Shown here: in pieces, positions 56,753 to 64,000 of the stretch
How positions within the stretch are numbered: the stretch's first letter is position 1
Layout of the letters: the number at the start of each line of letters is the position of its first letter
Source: Cyanidioschyzon merolae
Taxonomy: Eukaryota
NCBI GenBank assembly: GCA_000091205.1
Contig: AP006490.2
Reading direction: 5' to 3' (one strand)
Length of the DNA: 64,000 nt
The notes under the pieces: model-generated
Databases searched by the model: none
Told to the model about the DNA's origin: nothing
Seen by the model: only the letters and a program-made list of their open reading frames with translations
Position numbers and translations under genes: made by a program

Positions 56753-57328
56753 TTGGATACGACGAACATGTTTAAAAAGTTCGATGCAGATGAGCAAGTC
56801 AGTGGACAGGCCCAGCTCAAGTCGTCGGCGACACGGGCCCTGCGCACAGCGGTCTGCACCCAGATGCCTCGGTTTGAGCCCTATGTCGACGACGTGGTTC
56901 CAAAGAAGGCCCGCATTTTTCAAGTACGCTTACATAACCACTACCAACTTCTTTGTGACGAAGCGGGGCGTGTTCTGTTTCTCCAAGACCGCGACGGACG
57001 GCTCTATCCGACATTGCGTCTCCTGCACGCGTACCCGTTTATGCTGCCGTGGGTGCAGGTCGATCGAGGCGCGATTCGTCACGTCCTCCGGGGTGCGAAT
57101 GTTATGTGTCCCGGCTTGACGAGCCCTGGAGGCTACGTACCTCCAGAACTTGCCGCTGATCAAGTGGTGGCCGTCATGGCAGAAGGAAAGGCCCGAGCCC
57201 TCGCCGTCGGTAGGATGCTGCTCTCTGTTGCACAGGTTCTGCAACAGAATCAGGGCGTGGCCATCGAAAACGTGCACGTACTTGGCGATGAAATATGGAA
57301 ACGAGAACGATGGAGTGCGTCCGGGTAG
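56753..57328 (+). CDS. MCTS1: MCTS1/Tma20-like translation re-initiation factor (DUF1947 plus PUA); the start is probably the Met of MFKKFD at 56768
   Basis: [47 protein letters not shown]...[43 protein letters not shown]...[18 protein letters not shown]...[15 protein letters not shown]. This is collinear with human MCT-1 (MFKKFDEKENVS..QLK.S....[43 protein letters not shown]). Confidence 0.85.
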   Translation: [191 protein letters not shown]

Positions 57329-58009
57329 ACAGGTCACCTGCGTTTCGCCAGAGGGCCACAGGATGCGCTTTGCGCAGCGTCACAGTCTCATATTCTTGTT
57401 CTTGTGGAAAAGGCGATTGAAGCGTCTGTCGGGGCGACGTCTGTTTCGCGTTCCGCATCGGCAGGTGAATGCGTCGACGGCTCGCAAAGTCTTGTGGTAC
57501 GGAGCGAGTGAGCTATCTCGATACATAGCAACCCACACGGCGATAGAGGCGCCTCGTCAAACAAAGCGTCTACCTGGCTAAGGCCATTTGTCTCTTCGAG
57601 AGCAAGCCCTTTTGTGCACAAGGTGCCTTACGTAGCAACGCACAACCGAATGCTGTAGCCGGAAAAGAGGTGCCTGCAGATTGACGCTTTCTTCAGCAGC
57701 AAGGCGTACCGCGCCAGCGACGGTGAAGCGTCCAGCCGGTTATCGAGCAATGCATGTGACTCTATCACTGAACGCAACGTTGTACACCGGCAGACACCAG
57801 AGACGTCTCCGTGGTGCCACATACTTGTTCTTGAACGGAGCGTTCAATTTGAAGGCAAGCCTCTGGGCCGTGGCGCGTCCTCGCTAGCCATTCACAGCGC
57901 CAAGAGACCGTGCGGACTCTCAGGCGGTGCGTGGCCCGCTGCTTGATTCGAACCACCATACAGCACTGTAAACAGGTGTCCTTGCTTTTGGAGTCGTCGA
58001 TACGCCTCC

Positions 58010-59032
58010 CTAATATGGCGTGGTTCGAGCGGAGTCAGCAGCGCTCCATCCGGTCCAATTGGGGGAAGCGTGCACCGCTTCCCCACGGGTGGCGATTTCC
58101 CGATTTCGATCCCATTCGCACTTGATCTGGACCGCGGTCTCTACCAGGTCGCCAACGAACATCTTGCCAAGACCCTGTAGCGCAATGAGGAACGGATGAC
58201 CCGGTGCGTACCCGCTTGCACCACCAACGAGGGCATTGACAAAGCGTCGCAAGTTCTGCGGTCGTAGGGCGGCGCGTCGGAACTCAACATAGCGCTCCTT
58301 CTGGGCCTCTGTCAGCATCTCAAACTGCTCATTGGTCAGCTCCCGGAACGACCGGAACTCGTGCTCGGAACGCTCTGGTTTTGCGAGCGGATTGCTCAGA
58401 ATAGCACTGTATTCCGGAAAGATTTGCGCGTCGATACCATCAAGCAGGTCCGAGTCCATGCTGGTATCGAGATCTGCTGCGTCAGGTTTGAGATCGCCCA
58501 GGACTTGTTCCGCATCATCCCCGAGCAGCACAAACTGAGACAATGAACCTTGTTCTGGGGCGCGCTCCTCCGAATCCTTGTCGAGGGCGGTCTCTGCTCG
58601 GTAACCGCTTCCGGGTGCAGGGGCTGCGGTGCGTCCGCCCCGGGCGTGCCGCTGTGCTCCGGCAGTGCGACCACCACGGCCTCTTGGCCTGCGGTACGCA
58701 GCCTCGCTTTGAGGTCCTTCCAGCTCACCGGTTTCAGTTATACGCGACCTGCGACCTCTGCCTCGTCCCCGCGGGGTCGTTGTACGTTTCTGGGTAGCTT
58801 TTGCTTCCACCGGTGCACCAGCGCCAGCAGCAGTGTCATCCTTTCCGGACACAGCCTGCTCATTCGAGTCAGTGCGTTTTCGGTTGCCATCCGAGCGTCG
58901 GCGTTTCGGTTTGGGCGACGCACTACTCTCAGGTGCGGCTGCTGGCCCGGATTGCGTTGCAACCGACTCAGGGGCGTCACCAACACCCAGCGCGAAACGA
59001 ATGCTGGCTCCACGCGCTTCTTGGGTAGTCAT
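58010..59032 (-). CDS. TAF11: TFIID subunit TAF11-like (histone-fold), with a long basic, low-complexity N-terminus
   Basis: C-terminal histone-fold region FEMLTEAQKERYVEFRRAALRPQNLRRFVNALVGGASGYAPGHPFLIALQGLGKMFVGDLVETAVQIKCEW. This matches the TAF11 segment [64 protein letters not shown]. Confidence 0.65.
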   Translation of the reverse strand: MTTQEARGASIRFALGVGDAPESVATQSGPAAAPESSASPKPKRRRSDGNRKRTDSNEQAVSGKDDTAAGAGAPVEAKATQKRTTTPRGRGRGRRSRITETGELEGPQSEAAYRRPRGRGGRTAGAQRHARGGRTAAPAPGSGYRAETALDKDSEERAPEQGSLSQFVLLGDDAEQVLGDLKPDAADLDTSMDSDLLDGIDAQIFPEYSAILSNPLAKPERSEHEFRSFRELTNEQFEMLTEAQKERYVEFRRAALRPQNLRRFVNALVGGASGYAPGHPFLIALQGLGKMFVGDLVETAVQIKCEWDRNREIATRGEAVHASPNWTGWSAADSARTTPY

Positions 59033-61999
59033 GTTGCCCGTCTAAAATCTGGAGCCAATCGATTGCCGCCGCGACCGCTGATGCTATAACAAGAAAGGAC
59101 TTTTACCAGTCGCCCATGTGCACGTACAGAGAGATGTATGGTATTTTCGACTGGTTGAGCTGCTGGGGCGAAGCGCAGGCGACCCTGTTCGAACGCATTG
59201 CATCGTTTCTGAGTCTGTATCTAAATAGATATTTATATACATTATAGGTATGAAAGGACATCAGATACGTGTCCGATTTCCAATGGAGCCGGCCATACGC
59301 TGTCGAATGCACCCACAAGTATGCAGGATGGAGGAGCGAGGTGCACCACGAGTTTGCTGCGAAACGGCATTGTTTCACAGACCGAATATCATTGACGGAA
59401 CAGATTCAAACTCTGGGTCTCCTGGGCGACGGAAATTGTCGGCAATTCCAGTCTCCCAAGTCGCTGTGATCCATTTGTAATGAACACGAGTTTCGCTTCT
59501 GTTCGGGACAAGGTCTTGTGCGTTGACAGCATATGCAAATGTAACGGAAGCTTTAGGCTGTAAGGGTGTTTTTTCTGTGAGGTGGTTCCGGTGTAGTGGT
59601 GTGTGCCTGCTTCGTGCACAAGCCGGAGTATATCGCAAACAGCACCTGGTTATCGATACGAGCTGCGAGCCAGCTTATCCACATGCGTTCTGTTCCGAGC
59701 GGACGCCTGCCAAGGCGTTAAATCGCCGTTCTGTATCCGAACGGCATCCGCAGCGGCGCCCAAGTCGCTGTGGCAGGTTTGCACGGCGGACTCAACACCT
59801 AGGGTATCGTTTCAACGGATCATGATCCCGAAGAGGAGACGCATCCGTGGCTATTGGATGTGTCGGGTCCAGAATGTCGCCGTGGTCGCTTGCCGTGTTG
59901 CCGGCTTTTAGCATCTGCGCATCTCCCGTGGCCCGTGCTTAAGCTTATCCATGATGCACCATAAAAAATAGGATTATTCATGCGATACTGGTACGGTGTC
60001 TTTCTCCGATCCCCGTGGCAATCGAAGCAAAAGGCAATGCTACCTTCAATCCGAGCATTCGCGGTGCAAACAAGCTATCATGGAAACTTCAGTAGCCAGC
60101 ACGCAGTCGAACTAGTCCGTTTGCATTCAACACAGGAGAGGTATATTGTTTCGATACACACGATCGTATTCAGCGCAGATTTTGCGCCTGTCTCTGGAGG
60201 CTCTCAAACGTTTCCTGGAAATGCGTCGCTCTCTGGGGAGCTCAAAAAGCAACAAGCTCGATGTCGATGTTCCAGTAGCCTTCTAGAATGCCCCAGGGTT
60301 TCATTCACGAGTCGCCGTAAACAACGCTTTGCCGATTGGCCAGATATCCCTCCACAACGTTGCCCCTGACAAGACCGAGCGGATCCAGGTGCGGTGTCAA
60401 GATCCGTGTGCAATCGGCACGCTGCACGTCGTCCAGCGACACGACATGGTCCGGTCCGTGGACGGATTTCGTTGGAAAGCGGCATGCGGGTGCCGGTGAA
60501 TCAGCATCAAGGCAAACGCGCATCGGACTCGAACTGGACCAGATTGTTGGATGCACACACAGTGTCGACAAGTGCATGCAGAAACCCAGCTCCGGTCCAG
60601 CCTGGGTATTATTCCGTTCCTTAGCACGCGCTGGGCCCGTCCTACGCAATTCTGTGTACGGGAGAGATCACGAGTTCATGGAACGCTCTACGGGTCTGAG
60701 GTTCGTGCGCGCAGCTCGTCGGTAAACTGCTTATGGGGCATGTCGCACCGCGCACCGAAGTATCGCTTCCACATTGCTTCATAGAAATATATTCTCTCCC
60801 TGAAGCGGACTCAGCAAGTGACGCGTTTCGCAAATGTCACCACTACCCTGGCACTGGCCGTATTGCGGCAGCAATTTACAGTCCTCGTGCGCGTCTTTCG
60901 CAACCAAGATCATAGAAGCGTGTCGGCGAACTCGCTCTCACTGGTCACCTCCGTCGCTAAGACATTACTCGGACGGTAAGGAGTCCACGTCGCAGAACGT
61001 TATCCGCAAGCCCATCGCAAAGATAGTCCCCCGCTATCCCCAATGCACTGTCATCGCTCGTGTCCACACTCAAGCAAAGAAAGCTGCTTATGCACTCGCG
61101 TCGTACTGCAGCTTCGGCGGCACTCGGAATGAAGCTCTTTAGAGCCGCCGACGCCTGCGTGCTTTCGCGTGTCCACTGGGGCCAACGCCCACAACGCTGC
61201 AACATCGCCTGTGGAGCAGAGGTGCCAAGCGGTGCAGCACAATGCCAACGATAGTGGAAGAGGGCGCGTATCTGCTGTCTCCTTTTATCCATGCACTTGC
61301 ATGTTCAAGGCGGCGAAGCATCTTACGATGTTGCAGCAAGAGCCTATGAACTAGCCCGCGTTTTCCTGCACCTCAAACCAAGCAAGGTATAGCCGCTTGG
61401 CTCGCTTGTTCGAATCCAAGTCGACGACACTGCCGAGGACTGACCCTTTTCTCTTGAGACCCAAGTTCACCGGTACTCCGGGTTTGTACGGGACTCGACA
61501 GATGCGATGCTCCTCAAGCGTTGTTGTTCGCGTTGGCGATCAGGCCGTTCCACCCGGTATACGAGCGGACCTAGAACACCAAAGGTTCCCAGTGCAACGC
61601 TCAGGACAAGCACCGGCTGCTGCTGCCAGGCAGTTTCAAGGAAACTCAAACACCGTCTCCACATAAGCAAACAAACTCCAGAGAACGCAAGTCAACACGC
61701 CAGACGCCTCTGGACTAAAGCACAGGTATCCAATTCGCTGTTTCAAAGCGAGACTCCGCCGCCACTACGTTGTGGTCCGGCTGCGCAGTAGCAACAGCGC
61801 GCAGTCGGCGCAGCACTAGAAACACCCCGCTAAAGCCCTCTCCATACACTTTTTGGTCTCGTTGGACGCAAGTCTGCGGCGAGGGTTGTTGTCTTTTTGC
61901 TTTTCGAGAGAAGCAGCTCGATTGCAGCGGAAGCCGGTCTCATGTGCCTGTAGCTCGAAAACTTGAGAAAATTTTGAGCTGGAGCACAGGTAGAACACT

Positions 62000-62680
62000 A
62001 TGGGACGCGGCTCGCTCTATACAGCTCGGTTTGCTGCCATCAAACGCATCGTTGAAGAAGATCGCTGTTGGCGTCTTTTTGATGCTCGGGATCAAGTACT
62101 GGGACGGCTGGCTAGCCGCGTGGCTTGCATCCTTCTGGGGAAGCATAAACCTTACGCTTTGCCGTACGTGAACCCTCAACCTGGCGACGGGGTTATCGTT
62201 ATCAACGCGCGACACGTAGGCCTCACTGGAAAGAAACTAGATCAAAAGCTCTACCGTCACCACACAGGGTACCCTGGTGGCCTCAAATCGGAACTTGCTC
62301 GGAGCCTACTGGCTCGAAAACCGGAGCGCGTCATAGAGCTCGCTGTTCGGAGAATGCTGCCGCCAGATCGTCGACGACGCAACCTCGTCCGAGACTTGCT
62401 ACGAGTTTATCCGGATGAGAAGCATCCTTTTCCGGAGGAACAGCTTGTGCACATGGGTCTTGTTTGGCGTCGAGTTGGTGAAGGCGGGATCGCAGACGAC
62501 ACGGATGAGGAGCGGTACCGTGCCCAATTCGAGTTCGAGTGGAATCGTCTTGTTCTGCTGGCGTCTCCTGAGCGGGTGCGAGAAATTCTCCGGGAGGAGT
62601 TTGCAGCAAGCCGAGTCATCGAAAGAAAAGAGGTTGCAGAGCAGTCCAATGAACGGGATGAAGACGCTTTCAGTTCGTAG
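62000..62680 (+). CDS. Mitochondrial ribosomal protein L13 (uL13m), with a C-terminal extension
   Basis: WRLFDARDQVLGRLASRVACILLGKHKPYALPYVNPQPGDGVIVINARHVGLTGKKLDQKLYRHHTGYPGGLKS...ERVIELAVRRMLP matches the bacterial-type L13 signature (W.vvDA....LGRLA...A..L.GKHK..y.P..d.Gd.viViNA.kv..TG.K...K.Y..HtG.pGG.k). Confidence 0.85.
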   Translation: MGRGSLYTARFAAIKRIVEEDRCWRLFDARDQVLGRLASRVACILLGKHKPYALPYVNPQPGDGVIVINARHVGLTGKKLDQKLYRHHTGYPGGLKSELARSLLARKPERVIELAVRRMLPPDRRRRNLVRDLLRVYPDEKHPFPEEQLVHMGLVWRRVGEGGIADDTDEERYRAQFEFEWNRLVLLASPERVREILREEFAASRVIERKEVAEQSNERDEDAFSS

Positions 62681-64000
62681 CCGGCCCCTGATTGCGCGTC
62701 ATGGTGGCGCGCTGTCCGCGAGGCACGCGCGCGCGATGAGGCGCCTTCGTGGCGAACAGCATGGACTCGCGTGTCCCTCGGTATCAGAGGGATATACCGG
62801 AGCATCCTCAGACGCGAGGACATTGACTCGAAGCAGCACCCAAAGCGATGCAAACTGCCCCCGATGTTGGACGGATACGCGGAGACACTGGCAGCTGCGA
62901 ACGCCGCCACCATGAGCCAGACGAGCAGAGGCGTCAACGAACATTTGAAAGGTTTCCGCGCATCTGTGGCGCGATTGCTCGATGCGCACATACTCTGGTG
63001 TAGGGCTCAAGCGCATCGGATCCGTGCTAGGGCGTGCGCAAAACCTCTAGAACAAAAACACGTAGCAGAGCAGTATGACGGGAACGCTTGCTGCTTCCGA
63101 ACGAGCCTCGCAGCCAGCGTGACGTTCTATCGGCTGCGTGGGCCCCCATCCAGAGCGCACCGTATCTAGGCGCGAAGCGGCTCTGCACGGCGAAGACGCT
63201 GCATAGCACCTATGTCGTTCGCTCAAGCGCGTGACGCAAGTCTGCAGCGTGCGACAGGCCAGAAACCGCGTTTTATTTGATAGACGACGATTCTCACTGG
63301 AATACGCATCGCTGTGAACGCGCGGTTGCGAGAGCAACCCGCGATGCAGGTCGCGAGTGCCCAGGGCACGAACGCGCGCCCTGTCCGTTTCTATGTGTCG
63401 CATGCGTAGCCGGTACTCGCTGATGTCTATTGCCTGCGCTAGCGTTTATATAGGATTAAAATCAAAGCCTGAACTACTCGCTCTGTCCCTGGAATGCGAG
63501 TGCTTCCGAACTCGTTTAGATACGCAGTTTCGATGTTCCAAGTACAGCAACAAGGGTGTGCTCGTCTAAACGTAGTTCAGGGTTGGCTGGTCGGTTATTC
63601 GGGGTGGCGCATTCTGCTTTTCGGCGCTAGAACTCATGACGGTATCGGAAACAGGATGATTGAGATGTGCTGGAACAAGTGCGCAAACAATATCGGTTAT
63701 TGATTTTCTGATTCGTACGTAGCAGCATATATTCATTCCGCTTCCTGACGTGCTGCATGCGTCAAGTTTTCGATCCCGCTTCGATGCGGTAACTCGCAGG
63801 CGCGGCGAGTGGCGCTTCTGGACTGGAGACGAAACAATGCCGATCTCGTGCCCGGATGGCTCGTTCAGAGGCTCTTGTCGAGCGTTTACTGATATTCTCA
63901 CGTAAACGAATAATAGAATACGTCCGAAAGCCAAATGCTTATCTCATTGTGGTTATTGGCGAAACGGCACTCGAGACGAACAAGACGCTTTTCACGGGGA

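Overview
This window is a eukaryotic nuclear segment, moderately GC-rich (estimated by eye at roughly 55%), gene-dense, with genes alternating between strands. I saw no convincing introns; most proteins read as single ORFs of 600 to 1055 aa. At least 25 protein-coding genes are recognisable by motif.

Caveats on the ORF track: it writes GTG starts as M, so several listed starts are not ATG (e.g. 47356 and 5513 are GTG by my reading). It also omits ORFs that run off the window edge, which is why the SNF2 ATPase on the minus strand at the left end is missing. My hand-derived coordinates can be off by 1-2 nt; track coordinates are exact.

Recognisable genes include:
- Chromatin/transcription: a SWI2/SNF2 ATPase (minus strand, partial, not in the ORF track), MED31, TAF11.
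- Organelle-related: mitochondrial ATP synthase beta, mitochondrial L13, a plant/cyanobacterial-type heme oxygenase and a V-ATPase G subunit.
- Translation: NOP10, RPS4, eRF1, MCTS1.
- Enzymes and others: a prostaglandin-E-synthase-2-like GST, MTHFS, an ICMT, a LOG-family protein, a class I methyltransferase, an FKBP-TPR immunophilin, an FHA-plus-tandem-parvulin isomerase and an LSm protein.

The most striking unexplained features are:
1. A family of three related elements encoding a TnpB/Fanzor-like RuvC nuclease (IS605 OrfB superfamily; RDxNAAxNI and GxDPG motifs).
   - Copy B is nearly full-length with an intact 716-aa ORF.
   - Copy A keeps a single frame but carries five in-frame stops and lacks the RuvC-III Asp.
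   - Copy C is a roughly 480-bp internally deleted derivative that keeps both termini.
   - All three sit in intergenic regions next to housekeeping genes.
2. The eRF1 gene is otherwise perfectly conserved (NIKS and GGQ motifs intact) but contains two in-frame stop codons, TAG and TAA, with the frame preserved throughout. Either this is a very young pseudogene or sequencing error, or full-length eRF1 requires stop-codon readthrough, which would be a eukaryotic analogue of bacterial prfB autoregulation.

Other items: a 766-bp non-coding direct repeat pair (about 99% identical) bracketing two genes, a degenerate Tc1/mariner transposase relic, a frameshifted 3' fragment of a PHO84-like phosphate transporter, and short tandem repeats.
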